A DNA stretch of 64,000 nt, from assembly GCA_002633005.1 (NCBI GenBank), contig NMRA01000682.1, positions 14,318-78,317 on the forward strand, given 5' to 3'. The stretch comes from Phoronis australis. Lineage: Eukaryota > Animalia > Phoronida. How positions within the stretch are numbered: the first letter of the stretch is position 1; each line of letters begins with the position of its first letter. A program made the position numbers and the translations under genes. Of this stretch, positions 24,915-39,900 are shown piece by piece. The notes beneath the pieces were generated by a model, which worked only from the letters and a program-made list of their open reading frames with translations, had not been told where the DNA came from and made no database searches.

Positions 24915-27900
24915 CTGAAATAGGCATACAGAAAACAAAATAATAAGTTGTACCAGGGCTTGGTCTTCCGTCTAGGCATAGTTAGAAAATGACAAAAAGA
25001 GGACAACTGCACTGAATAAGCTTGACATCGATTTGGACTCACAGCCGAAATTTAGGTTCACATGTAGGCCGAGAGAGGGAGGGAGGGAGGGAGGGAGGGA
25101 GGGAGGCCCTTACAAAAATGAACTTAAGTTTTTCGCTGTTTCGCTGAAAACTTAAGTTTTTGGCGAAAAAACTTAAGTTTTTGGAAAATAACTTAAGTTT
25201 TAGAGGAAAAACTTAAGTTCTTCCGAAAAACTTAAGTTTTTAAAAGAAACTTAAGTTTTTAAAACTTAAGTTTTTCGCCAAAAACTTAAGTTTTTCAGCA
25301 CAATGTTAAGTTTTTCAGAAAACTTAAGTTTTTCAGAAAACTTAAGTTTTTTCACGTGTAAAACTTAAGTTTTCACAAATAAACTTAAGTTTCAAGCAAT
25401 AACTTAAGTTTTCATGAAAACGTAAGTTTTTTGTACTAACAAAACTTAAGTTTTCCTGACTTCTTAAGTTTTTCACAAACTTTAGTTTTTCCAATAATAG
25501 AAACTTAAGTTTTCCTGACTTCTTAAGTTTTTCAGAAAACTGGATTTTTTCATGTGTGGAAAACTTGAATTTTCTAAAAACTCTAAGGTTTCTATGTGAT
25601 GAAAATTTACGTTTTCAAGTTTTTAAAATTTGAATATAGTGAGATATTTAATTTTTGGTTCGAAATTTTTCCGATTATTTTCCAACAAAAAAATTATTGT
25701 TTGCTCATGCAAAACCTATCATCTTATAAAAATGTTGCCCGAATGTTTCCTTAACATTTATATAGATACAAACCATAAAACGACGAACGTTTAACCTGGT
25801 AAGTACTGATTTAGTGCAATTACGTAATCATTATCGCACGTCTTAAATTATAAAATTTAAATGTAGACGAACATCCGGTGACCAACAGCAGTAAGAATGC
25901 GCCCAATGTTAATCCCCTGAGACACTGACCTGGTCAGTACTATGTAATCAATAGAACTCGTGCAATTCTTGAAAAAAACGTAGTTATTGTGCAAGTTTCC
26001 TTTGTGTTGAGTTGTATTCGTAAGGCAGTTTCCACCGGAAGTCAACGGTTTGAATTTTATAAGCGCCAGTCAATTTCGAAGAAAAAGTCGTGTGTTGGCT
26101 AGCCCGCGACAATGAAGTTTACGAGCAGAGCCAGCAAGAAGACATTTCAGAAGTTTTGGAAGTCAGGTTAGTGCCAGAGAACGTTCTAAAATCGCTTGGC
26201 TACTATCGGTGGTGTGATTTCCAACAAACGTGTCAAGTTCAGTTGTTACTGTCAGCCACTCACGAGTCACGCTGTCACATACATACCGTCATACTGACAT
26301 GGACTCATTCTGTGTGTGAATTATTTAAACTTCTAACACGTAATATACTTCTGGAGGTCCATCAGAGGAAGCCATAACGTTCACATAAGGCTATTACTCT
26401 ATTATATTTCTGTCTTCTGAGGTTGTGTCAGTGTGATCAATGCAAGGGGGGGGGGACTACCAAGGCAAAGTGTAATCATTTCCCAAGTTGGGTATAATTG
26501 GCATTGGTTGTGTATGCTTATGTCTTTGTTCGTAGTAATTCTTGGAAGCTCCTGATTTTGAAATCTCATATTACTACAGGTCAATAATTTGCAAGGTTCA
26601 CTTGCCTCATCCACGCTCCCATCCTAAAATATGGGGGGTGCTCAAATTTTTGGGCATGTTGACCTTTTACTAAAAAAATTTTTTTTGTTTCTATTAGGCC
26701 GACCTTTTCATGCCCACTTCAGCAAGTGAGGGGGTGCTCGTTCGAGCCTCCCCTGGGTGCGCGCATGTGCCTGGTTCTCAAAATTAAGAATCAGCTATGT
26801 AACTATTGTATTGCCTATTTTGACTGATTTGCTCATGTTTGTCGGGAGGATCTAGGTTATTGAATGCGAAATGACATTCCGATCACACTACTAGTAGGTA
26901 CCCTATCTGGAATACCCCCAGGCATAGGTCACAATGTACCCAAGTGAACTCTCACCAGTCAACATGTTAACTATTGTTATGCACAGTGAAACTTGCATAA
27001 TTCCTATCTAATTGCACCAAATAATTCAATGCAAATAAGGAAAATCTGTGTGATTTGACTTTGGGATTGAGTTTGTGCTTTCGAATTTTTACCGGGATTG
27101 TAGAATACTAGAATGTCGCAAAAGTTTGCATATTCAGACTTAAAATTTTCACATTCAATGCGAGTTCGACTGGTTTTATTGAAATCAAATATTTCAGTGT
27201 CACGGTGAAAGTGATAGTTAATCTGGGTACAACTTTACCTAGGAGTTGGGTTGAGTTGAATATGGACTGACTAGAATGATTTCCCCATGTCTGTAGCACG
27301 GGTGAGAAACAACATGACTGCCGGTCCTCTTAAATCGGACCGACTCACCCAAAACAGGATCTCCGGGGATCAAATGGGACCGTCGCACCAGAAAATGGGA
27401 TTGACGCACTTAAAAACATGACCTCCCCACCAGAAAACAGGACCGCCGGGGACTGAACATGACCGCCGGGGATTGAAACCGCAGTGACAAACAAGTCCCC
27501 GGCGATCCTGTTTTCTGGTGGGGCGGTCATGTTTTTAGGTGCGTCAGTCCCATTTTCTGGTGCGACGGTCCCATTTGATCCCCGGAGGTCCTGTTTTGGG
27601 TGAGTCAGTCCGATTTAGAGGACCGGCGGTCATGTTGTTTCTCACCCGTGTGTAGGGGCATATTCTTTTCCCTCTAGAAATTTGCTTGGAACCTCATTTT
27701 AATATACTTGCAAATGTCAGCCAGTAAAGTGATTGGTAGGAGTACAGGATATAGTTTTTTATGTTTACTGTAGTACATGAGATAATAATTCTATTTTTAC
27801 TGTAAACTATTATGGTTACGTAAGACCTCTCATGAAGACCATGCCAGTATCTTCAATGGTGGATTCAGAGGACAGCTAAGGGGCCATGGCCCCGGCCCCC

Positions 27901-30900
27901 TAAAACGCTACAAGTTCAATTGGCAGTTGGGGGGCAGAGGGTGAATGTCTGATGGGCAAAACCCTACTCTTCCCTTACCCCCCAACTCAAAATCCTGGAT
28001 CCGCCCGACCACCCCTGATCTTTACATGGATAATATTCCCTGTAAATGGGTTCTGTCTGGATTCTTAAGAAGCTATCACATACTGTCATGTTTGCTAATA
28101 TCTCATTGTTTTCAGGTCTCTATTAACTTGGCGGAGTACTTGGAAGAACTAGACATCCAAACATTTGCATCGAAACAATCACCCAGGGGTGGTATTGGGC
28201 TGTTTACATCCACATGGCAGGTAGAGCTTCATATGTTTCATTGTTGAGTTAAAAATAGTGCTGCTATCAGGGTTTGAATTTGAAACAATATGAAATATGT
28301 CCTTGGTTTAGCCACTGGGCTTAATCTTTAGCAAGCTCACTGATTCTTGTAGCCATTTGGTCAAGTCAATGTAAAGCTTCTTGGTTTTGCTATAAGTTTC
28401 AAAAAGTACACGCGGAAGTATACATGTGAGATTAAACTTTCAGTTCTAACCCTGGTTGTGCTGGCTAAATGTCCATGAAACATTAGTAAGAAGTTTTATG
28501 CTGGCTGGAGACAGCTAGTTAGAATACAACTAGCTCTGCTCATTATGTAGAGTTGTGCATTTTCTTATCAGATTAACGAATTAAACAATGAAAAGTTCAT
28601 AGAATAATGGGAATTGTAGTTTATTGCAGTTGCCAACAGTTTCATCATTTGATAAAAATATTAATTAATTTGTCATAGAACTTGAACTAAAAAGTTACAG
28701 AACACGATACCTGGTTAACCTGAAGTCCAACTTTTATTAACACATTAAGTTTTGTCATAGGCATGGTTTGTTCTAGATTGTGATAGCATGATAGGTGACC
28801 ATATGCATGTTTTGTATTCAAGTTGTATAGAATAAAATTGTTTTGAATGTCGCGAATCCAGGATTAAAACTTCATTCAAAACAGTATGTGGAAAACTGAC
28901 CCACTGCAGTGCATGCTTGAAGTAAACTTGCAGACTAGTCTTGCACTTGAATCCTGAAGAGTGATTGGTTAAATTTTGAGTTTGAAGACTATTTTCTAGG
29001 CTCTGTATATAAGTCAGGAAGTAATACAATTTAGTGTTGTATAAACAGCACAATAAATATCCAGCAAGTTAAGTTGTCTTATACTGGTAGCTTTTACCCG
29101 CCTGTTATTAAAATTTGTTGTCTTTATTGCAGAGTGCGCCTTCAACAATCGTTGGATAAGGAAGGCTACCCAGACAACACAACGTACGCACTTACGAACT
29201 GCAGCTCATGAACCTATGAATTCAGTTATCTGAGCTCAGAAACGCGCGTTTGTAGTCACAAAACATGGATTATTTGCCTGTGAAGCTAAGCGAGCAGATC
29301 CAGCTAAAGAAGATTAAGTGGCTTGTGGTCTACCATAGGGCCCTTTCACATTGACTTAACTCTTGTCTGAGCGGAACATCGACATATACTGCGAAGTTAA
29401 CTGGACCGTTCATTCTGGTTTCGGTAGTTAATGAACTTCGAAGTGAACAGTAGGTGACACTGTCGTGATCGAAGGTATCGCAAGGTAGCACTGCACGCTA
29501 AGATGTGACAACTTGGGAACATTTACATGTGTTAATTGACATAAAACTTATTTTTAAATTGATTGGTGATTATTAGAGCAAGGAATAAGCAACTATTAGC
29601 CATCTCTCTACTATGCAATTGTTAATGATAACAGTGGCCCCTGGCAATAACTTTGATAGGACTGAAGTTGATCGTTTATACTGCATGGCAGCGTTGACTC
29701 TAAGCAATTAAATGCACCTGTTTAGTGCGAAGTTAACTGGCGCTGTTAACTTCCTTCCAGGACCAAAGTTTAAGCGTTCATACTGACATTAACTCCCAAA
29801 AACTTTGACGCATCGATGTTAGTATGAGAGGCCCTATAGATATGTGTATGAAGTTCAGTAGCTTTAAATTAAAGGAAAAAGAATATTTTTGTGGTCAAAG
29901 GTCTAAGTTTTCTAATTTCCATCTCGTATAAAAAGGTTGTACTTAGGGCTACTTTTAGTGAAACTTGTTCGGACCATGGAGTGTATTGGATTTACTGTTA
30001 TTATGATTGTCAACAAAACTAAACGACATTTAAATTGATATTTTTAAGGTTGAAAACAATTGTAGGTGATTCTAAGCACTATTTCTAGCATAAGGATTGT
30101 ACTTCCCAAAATCAGACCTGTGGCCATTGTCGATAAACTTTTAGTTACCTGTTACGTTTTATGTTATGGTTTTGTCTCTGTGGATATTCTTGGATTTTGC
30201 ATATTAAGTGATTTGTTATTCTTGGTGTCATTGCTATAATTTTAGTTGAAAAAGTCTGCTGTTGAAACGTAGACTTTAGTTGTAGTCCTTCCTGGCGATG
30301 TAATCACATTTTCTTTGGTTGTGTTTCATGATTTGGTAGTGATTTCTCTGTTAGTACGTTCCATTTTGCTCCCTCAGTTATCGCATAATTGTCATAGACT
30401 GAGAACGATGCGAATATGAATATATTATTAGCCTCATTTAGTTTTCACTGCATTGTATACATGACACTTGATGAACTGATTTTTGAAATGTTTCTGGTTT
30501 TTAAGAGTTTGATATTTCACTTATGTTCACTTATTTTAAGGAATTAGTGTATTTTAGGAAGTGCATTTTATTTTCTGCAATTAATCACTGTTAATGAAAT
30601 GTTAATAGAACTCTAGTTTGTTAAATCTTTATGAGAATCATTAAATTTGTTACTGTACTCCACTCTTGTTTTAGTGAAGGTCGAAATTTTTGAATGCCTG
30701 TCCGATTGAAACTTATTGCTTTTAGAAAACTTCAGTTTTCAAAAGTTAGTTCCTTGAAAAATTATGTTCTGAAAACTTAGTTTATAAAAACTTAAGTTTT
30801 GATGACTTATGTTTGTTACTAAAAACTTGTTCCAAAACTTAAGTTTTCCAAAAACTTAAGTTTTTCAAAAACTTAAGTATTTTGGAACAAGTTTTTTGGA

Positions 30901-31181
30901 ACGAACTTAAGTTTTTAAAACTTAAGTTTTCAGAAAACTTAAGTTTTTGAAAAACTTAAGTTTTCAGAACTTAAGTTTTTGAAAAACTTTAGTTTTCAGA
31001 ACTTAAGTTTTTTGAAAAATTTAAGTTTTTGAAAACTTAAGTTATGAAAACTTAAGTTCGTTCCAAAAAACTTGTTCCAAAATACTTAAGTTTTCGCCAA
31101 AAACTTAAGTTTTTGTGAATGAAAACTTAAGTTCATTTTTGTAAGGGGGGAGGGAGGGAGGGAGAGAGGGAGGGAGGGAGG

Positions 31182-31236
<55 letters not shown>

Positions 31237-34200
31237 ACTGATAGTTCTGGTGTTTTCGTGGATGAATTTGTGCTGCAAAATGCGCCCTCCCTAATGTTCC
31301 CGGGCTTCGTACTTGACCGTTGCTTATACGCTACCTGTAGTACCTACAACAGCCAGCTCACATGTGAATCCTGTGGTGAAAAACTCATACATGTAGCCAC
31401 CTGATATCTTATAATGAATGGTACACTATTATCAAAAGAATCGCAGATTAATCAGCGCCAACTCTTGAAGAATAGGCATAAACCGCTTAAAATTACGAAC
31501 CAGTGTCTTTGATAATTATTGATACTGATTACAAAACGTTATGGTGCTATTGATTCGATGCTAGTGCAGAGTTAAGTTGGTACAAACGAGATTAATGGTC
31601 GATCACGATATTTTTTTCATTTTCATAGCGTCGCGTCTTGACTAGTAACATTTGATGTAGTTAAAAGACAGAATATAAGACTTGCTGTAAGAACAAGACT
31701 TTCAAAAACCGTTGGCTTTTCACTGTAACCTCACGGATTTCTGCTGCGAAGTAATATTCCTAATAAAACGTTTTCATGTGACAACTCACAACTATGCCTT
31801 CATCTGAGCGGGAAAAATGCTTGGTCATGTGTGTGTTTGAAAACTTCTGTGTTTTATTACAAATGTTTATTGTAAGCACTTACCGTCTTTTACAGACAAG
31901 GTCGAGTTGGCATACGCAAAAATGACTTTTGTTCGATGAGCGTCACGTCTTCTTCTCAGCGGCGTGCAGTTCTAAAATATGTGCACCAAAAAATAAACAA
32001 TATATCATGACACCTTCGTTTTAGCAAGCTGGTCTAGCAACAGGCGTTTTCATGTACATCCTCTTAATCCAGGTTTACTTTCAACATTAATTGGAGCGTT
32101 ATTGTTGTTAAGAATGGATTCCTACTAATATCTACTGCGCTCGGGAATTTTAGCTTTTATTCTTAGAATTTGCAACAGCCCTTCAAGAAATCTGACTCAG
32201 AGCAGATTTCTGATCGGGGTCAACATTTTTCTAATTTTAAATGTTTAATTATTTGCATATTTATTGTTGTGGAGCCCCCTACATGAATTTAAAAGTGCGT
32301 GCTTCCATTAAGTTGGTTGTCAGGCAGGAGATCTTTAGGGAATGAATACAAACCTAGAGGACTTTGCAACATGAATGGTTGTATTTTTGTACTGAACACA
32401 GTGCCATAGCCTCCAGCTATGCCGATCAGTTTCATTCACACTCGTGTGAAGTGCGTCTGAGTCGTGCCATCCAGGCAGGGGTAGGATGAGTTTTTAAGCT
32501 TTGACTAAAATATTTTCATTGGGCAGCACGCTTTCACTATTTACAAGCACGTGGACGAGAATGTGAACATCTTTCTCACAACAGTCTCTAGTGAAGTTCT
32601 TGACACATCAAAGGGTTGATGTCGCCATCACAGACTTAAGTGAGCCAGTGGCTAATCATGGGCTTGGGCGAATGTGTATTAGACGAGATAATTGCTGTTG
32701 TAACAACGCAGGTGCTAAGTGTGCGAGTTTCTAAGTCAATAAACGAACAACACGTATCTATGACTGAAAAATGATTAATAATTGTCTTCTTATTTTTGAA
32801 ATCGGTGCATTACTAGAGAAATTAGCGAATATGTTTTCTTCAGCAGGTGGGTGAGCCACACGCTTGGAACACAACCAGTATGGGATGGGAATTGATTTGG
32901 GATAAATACACATTACCAAAACAGTGATGCAATAAAGCATGACGTGCCTTCCAGGGTTTCAATAAACTTACTTTCTTCTCCAATTAAAAATTAAAATAAA
33001 TCTATTGATCATTATCTGCAATATTTCCACACATTAGCTAAAATGATATTTGAGACAAGTACAGTTGTAGTCGACGGAGACTCATCATGCCAGTGGTGAT
33101 TTAAGAGGCGTATGCAAAAGAAAGGGAGAAAGGGAGGTGGAAAGGGTTTCCCAGGCTTTCAAAAATGATATCATCAAGAATATGAAGGCACGGTCAAATC
33201 TACAGAGACCTTTAAGATTTGGAACATAACGTCAAGTGCAGTTTCCGGAGCCTGGCATAAACGCAGAAAAAATGTTGACGAGTGGAGGCAACACAAGTAC
33301 TGAGTAAAGACTGAAGAACTGAGTATTCTTTGAATGGTTTGAAAGTCAAATTTTAGGGCTTAATAAAATTCGAAGAAATTTATTTGTGCAACATCGGTGG
33401 AAGTCCGGTCTCCACCAGCCGCGAGTCGGAGTGGTCACATTAACTGAATGTGACAGTTATGAACAGTTGGGCGTGCATAGGACTCACTAATAGCAACCGG
33501 ACACTCAATATTTCACTTTTTGCGTTTCCAGGTGAGAAATGACGCAGCGACGTCAGTGGTTCGTCTGCAGAGTGAATGCCGCTATATCGTGGTGCATCGT
33601 TCCCGCTTGTCTGAACTATGAAGCTGCGAAGAAAGCGGGTACATCGTTTTTTTCGACTTCTTCGAGAGCCCGAAATGCTTAGAAAGTGGCTCGCGGTAGT
33701 AAAGAATGAAAGGTACGCTGCTAATAGCAAGTATGAGGCCGTGAAACACCTCCGTGTCTGTGGCCGGCATTTCGTCGACAGTGATTACTCTGACGAATTT
33801 CGGCTTACCAAAGAACTATCCATACGTTCAGTTGCCTGTGCATGTTCACGACGCCTCTCTAGTATTTCTTGATCAGTGTATTCCGGTTGGAGTTGATAGC
33901 CTGTGAAACCTAACGATCCGATACGTGAAGTCTTCGTCGGATGAGCTCTTGACTAACTATGTCGGAATTGGCGCCGGGCGAGTTGCCATGTAGACGTTTA
34001 TTATTCTGCGTTCTGTTTCAAAATGAATTATTCTCATCCTAACCAATGCTTGTATAAAACTGAAACAAAGTCTGTCTCATTAGATACAATTTGTAATGCT
34101 TTTGCGTGAGTGCAAATGTTGAGAAGCCAGTAATGAATAAACCACTGCTTTACCGGCTTTTGGTGGCGGCAATAAAGGTAGTTGACCTGGCACCGAGGCC

Positions 34201-36885
34201 GTGTCGTGAGCGCATGATGCTACAGTGTTTGCTGCTGACAGAAAGATGTTGTGAAACAATTACTCGATTTTATATCTATGAACACATGTTAGGGGAATCT
34301 TTATTCAGAAATACAAATACATTATTCAAATCATTGTTACTGTACAACCTTTGCCCTGACTGCCCTGTGGAAAGGGAACCCGACTTCGCGGCCCCCGACA
34401 AGTAAGGAGATTTTCAGTTTCGTGGCTAATTCCCATTATTTCTTTGGCTCACTATTATAGTCTTTTCGTGACTGGAGGTTTAGTTTCCAACTCAAGCTGA
34501 TTTATGTCGTGCCAGTCCCGGCGGCCGCGACGGGCCTGATCGGGTTCCCGAGCCACTGGCCGGCCGCGGACAACAGGTCAGTCCGGCCGCGACAGGCCTG
34601 ATCGGGTTCCGAGCCACTGGTCGGGATAATAATCGAGTTGTGTGTTTAGAACTCAAAAAATCATAAGTCTAAACGACACAGTTCTAGGTTTTCCTGTCTG
34701 TATTTCACGGAAGAATACTTCGCATTTATCTCCGAACAGACCCCAAACTCCTGCTATAGACCTTGGTAAATTGGCCTGCCGAACTTTGTAGGCTACGGTG
34801 TGTCCAAATACCAGTAAATCCGTAACAGCGAAATAAAACAACACGTTTTTATAAGAACTCGGTGTATTTTTAAGGGTTTTACATCGAAGTTTGATTATTT
34901 ATTGGTGTTAAACGATGTATTCAAGCGATAACCTGGCACCAGTAACCCGTGTTGTGAACTGCTGAACAGACTGCGTGTGAAACCAATTACGTCATTGGAT
35001 AATTTCAACACCTCCGTCTGCCGTCTGGTGTCAGGTAACGCAACCGAACATGCCGTTATCGAGTAGAACTACTCGACCTAAATTGATACAAAATGGGTTG
35101 TTTTTTGGGTGGCATTCTCCTTTAACACGGGTAGAAAAGTAGTTGTCAGGCCCATATTGAGTATGAGCAACTGCATCAAATTATATGTGGCTGCAGTACG
35201 TCCAAGGTTTTGTGGGGATGCATGTTATTCAGATTTACGTCACGCTCAATAGTAGAAAATTGAAGGTAGGTGTCAGGCAAATAGTTTGAGGTCATGGCCG
35301 CAGCTGGGACATAGGCTGGATTCGGACACTGGACAGAAATAATCGACGGATCACAACGGTACAAAGCTCTTATACTTTTGGAACAAGCAGGATAGAAAGG
35401 AGTGTGATTTACGAGAAATAAAATCTAGTTGGCATCACTATAATTAGAAACGATCGTACATGACAACCGAAATCAATGACCGCTATTCGCGACTGGGCTT
35501 TGACACTTAGGGTAAAAACTTCGGTTAGATTTACAGGCCGTGACAAATATTACTCAACACTAAAGTGGTTAGAAAATTAAATTGTGATTGAATAAAACGC
35601 CATAACCACCACTCTGAAACCAGAAGTGTCCGTAGACTGACGAGGCTCCCACTCGGCTTCACTTGCTGAAGACGCCGGTGCAGGAGAGTCGACTTCCAGA
35701 CAACGTACTGTACACGATCAAGGCAAAATGCCTTCTTTTACCGTAAAACCTCGAGTAAACGCCCCACCAACTGGATACCAGACGCTAAGAAACTGTAACA
35801 CCAACTAAGCGCCCATAGGGGTTTATTCGGCACAATTTTCCGAGTAAACGCCGATGAGCGTTTGATTGGGTGAGTATATCTACGGAAAATTCCGGTAAGT
35901 CGCATTGAATCATCATCATGCAGCTTGTGCTACAGTGCTTGCTTGCAATAGAATCGTGCAGGCCAATACAAAAGTTTGGCTGCCTTACACAAGTAGTAAT
36001 TAGCAAAAATTTTGGGGCCCGTTTCGGGAGAATATCCCTGCAATAAACTTGTAACAGTCACGGATTTCTAAACCCAAATTTGCACCTTTTTATGTATAAG
36101 AATATAATACGCAATCTTCCTAGGGGTTCACAGTGAATATTAAATACATTTAAACCCAAAATCTCAAAACATTAGTACCTGTCAGGCTTTCTTTTTGAGA
36201 ATACCCGTGCCTAACGCGGCTGTTCTTAGGGTACACTTTGAGAATACCCGTGCCTAACGCGGCTGTTCTTAGGGTACATTTTGAGAATACCCGTGCCTAA
36301 CGTGAGTATTCTTACGGTACATTTTCAGCGGTTGGCGACAAGGAGTGCATAGCGGTTAGTTCCAAAAACAACGGCTCCGGCGAATGGGTTACACGGCTTC
36401 AAGTGGCATTCCACTTTAGGTGAAGGGTACAACCCGCAATTTCCCAGTTTCATCAGTTTTTGTTCGAATCAAAATTGTATACAGGAGCAGATCCAGCATT
36501 TTGAGTTGGGGGTGGGGCAGGGCACAGGAATAGCCAGAGTTTCGGCAGATGCGCGCGCCCAGCCTAAATTGTAGGGGTGCAGGGGTCTCGAATCTTTGGG
36601 TTTGCGGACCTTTTGCCTAAAAAAAACGGTAAAAACGGGTTTTGTTCAGGGCCTATGCAGTGTTTATAACCCCCGAGTCCCCCGGTTACGCGCATATGCT
36701 AGTCAACAGTTCGCAACCAAACTGCCAAATGGTATCTGGTAGAATTTTAAGGGGGCCATGGCCCCCTTGCCCCCACCCCTAAATTCGCCACTGGTATACC
36801 AACAAGTCATTGGGGATATCACGCATGCTTGCAGCGGTAAAACCAAGTTTGTACGTCATCAACTGAAGGCGCTTGTGAAGTATAG

Positions 36886-36950
<65 letters not shown>

Positions 36951-39900
36951 TATACTATTTAAATTCATATTAACCTCAAAATTGCGGACTTTTTCTCCCC
37001 GCTTTCCAAAGAGCTAGAGCCAACTTACACACGACAACAAACATAATTAAATCAGCAATATATTCGACAACAACCTACCATCATCACAGAAAAATGACAA
37101 GAAGAAACATAGGATGGGTCAGAGTGCATTGAAGCCATCCAAAAATGGGGAGGTGTCGTGGCCTCACAACATTATTTTCCAAATTTTATAAAAAGCTGTC
37201 AAGGAACTCACAGCAGTAGTCGAATACATCTCTCTGCTGTCAAGTTAATATGCATACAACTGCAAAATTTGAAAAACATCTAACACGGGGATGCAGTCTT
37301 TGGTGCGAAAAAAATGTCTCAAAGGGCACCACAGTATTTGGACAAGTTTCAAAATTCACATCAGATATACTCTTGTCTGGTGGAAAACATCTGGCAATAT
37401 TCCTAATGGTCCTCCACTTGATTTGGCAGATACAGAGGCAGAAGGCAAAAAACAGACTACAAAAGTAATTCAAATGACCACTAGGATGCGCAGAATTCGT
37501 CTAATTTATCACAAATAGGAAAGATGCTGGCGGCGTTTTCTTCGGAAAATCATCGTCAATCGTCGTCTCCAATATAAGTTCATACACGACAACTTTCACA
37601 ATCATACTCAGAGTGGTTTGGTTAATTGAGGGGCGGACGCCAAACACAGACTAGAAAATAGTAAAAATGACCACTAGATGGCGAAAAATACGTCGAATCC
37701 GGCCAATCAAAAGCGCGAAATGTAAATATGTTGGGCGGCAGAAATGCTTCGCAAGATGGGCTGAACGTGCGTGCACACTCTTGAATCTGGTGCTTACCCA
37801 CATGTAGCTGCTTTGAACCACTACGTAGACATCAGTATGAAAACAAAAAGTGAATTCCTTCTGTAATTACTGAAAGGCGCCTTTTTGGGCGGAACATTCA
37901 ATCTTTATATCAAACATATCTCACGTTATTGTGACAATTTGGGATGCTTTGACAACTTGGTCATGTACTATTATACAGAGCACCTCAAAAATGTCCAAAA
38001 TTTACTATAATAAATAAATAAATACATACATACATACCTTCGCAAAATTTGTCAAAATTTATTGAATTTTGCCGTTCCCGGCTAATGGGGGTTAATGTAA
38101 ACTCATTTTAAACCGTATGGTGATAGACATGTTCAAGATCTACAGAAACACCATCAAGACATTTTCTTTCTTGTTCTGATAAACTGTTTACTGTTTTACG
38201 TATTTAAACTCTTTGAATCAAAAATGGGCTATTTTGGGCCAAAATATTATGATGTCATAACTTAAAAATAATGGCCCAAAATTTGAAATAAATATTTTGA
38301 ACATACGTGTATCTCACCAGGATGTATGAACGCACAAATCGTTTTTTAAGATCAGAGACGGTGACCCTTCAGTCGACCTTTTGGTGCTCTCGTGGGAGGG
38401 AAGGTAATTCTGCACAGACTGGGACGCACCATAATATCATTGATCTACCCTCTGGCCGCGCTCTCGGTCTATACAGGACGACCAACGCTACATACTCTAG
38501 GCGTCTAGACGGTCTCTACATGACGAGCACTGCTACATACTGTAAGTGTCTAGAAGGTCTTTTTAGCTGTATATGCATGTCTCCTACAGTACACAATATC
38601 GATGAACTCATAAATTTATGTTAAGGCAACTTTCGGGGATTTCCAATAAGACAACAACCGGCCATGTTCTTGTTTGGTTTTCATGTTAATTAGATATCAA
38701 ATCAATAATAAATGAAGCAGTCCATACCGTTGGTTTGCAGGTCACGTCATCTGTAGTCACACATATCGCCACTTCGACCTCAACTGTTAACGTCGCGGAT
38801 GCTGGGGGTGAAAACATAACCATGTTTACGTCAGTTGAATCGACGACAATGTCGCCAGAAGGAATCGGCGAACCTCTTTGCTGCGCAACATTAGCAGTAG
38901 ACCTTTCCAGGCCAGTCGTGCACCTGAGAAACAAGTAAAAAGTCCGTGTTATTGTCGGGCTATGATATCACAACAAACTTTTTAGCAGTCAAGACAGCAC
39001 CTTGGTGCCAGTTAACGTAATGCAAGGCCTACTACAGAAACCCACCATTCCAAACAAACATGTAGAAAAAGAGAGTTTCCAGATTATGTTGTCTTCATGA
39101 CCTTTCTGTAGTCAATGAGTGAAGATTGTGTATGTTTTTGGTGACTAGGGCAGTGTACTGAGAATAAAATGCAAAGCCATAAAGCACGAGTTTCGCGACA
39201 AAACAGAAACGCGGTAACCAAACAATTAAAATGTTTACCTGTTGGAGATTAACAGTGATGTTCTTGACCATGCAACAGCGGTATTGTCGTATGCTGGCCA
39301 TATTATGCATGTAGAACGAAACTGGTAGATATTAGTATTCTCTATCGACAAACCATACAAGACGTAGGGCATGACTTGCGCTGCACGTTCCAGGCACTAC
39401 CACTAGGTGAAATATAGCATATAGCATAAGTGTCCCTTATGCTATATGATCACCCAAAACTGGTTCTTCCCCTGATAATACTCGTTTAGTACTTCTCCGC
39501 ATCGTGTACATCCCATTAACCAATGTTTAATTCCACTCACTCGTCCACTAAATGTCCCAACGCGTATTTTCAAGCACCCCTTACTTCTCTCAGATGGAGA
39601 GGTAGTACGTATGTTTCTCATTCCTATTGGTGGTGCGTGCAAGTTTTGTTGCATAGTATGACAGTGTCTTTATTCCATGTACTTTAAGGCCATTGGCAAC
39701 AAGTATGCGAAAATACATTAAAGTCGCAATAAGTACATAAAATGTGAACTTAACGAAGAAATAGTAATTCATCACTAATTAGAGTATCCTCACAATTTCT
39801 GTCTTAAAATAGAAACACAATGAACAAATTTAGACAATGTAACACGTAAATTTTCATCATAACTTGTTAATAACCTTTAAATCTGCTGGCGGTTGGCTCA

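Larger units (their letters stand above)
25107..31147. mobile_element. 6.0-kb foldback-like DNA element (CCC ends, 2-bp TSD; EnSpm/CMC-like) in the last ZP intron
   Basis: TIR CCCTTACAAAAATGAACTTAAGTTTT at both ends. About 20 palindromic AAACTTAAGTTT units per arm. It splits a (GGGA)n microsatellite, with GG on both sides. Confidence 0.85.

Noticed and set aside
25107-25620. CTTAAG repeat array as a CRISPR array
   Set aside because: Units of about 12 bp with very short AT-rich spacers, mirrored at 30.7-31.1 kb, in a eukaryotic intron with no cas genes.
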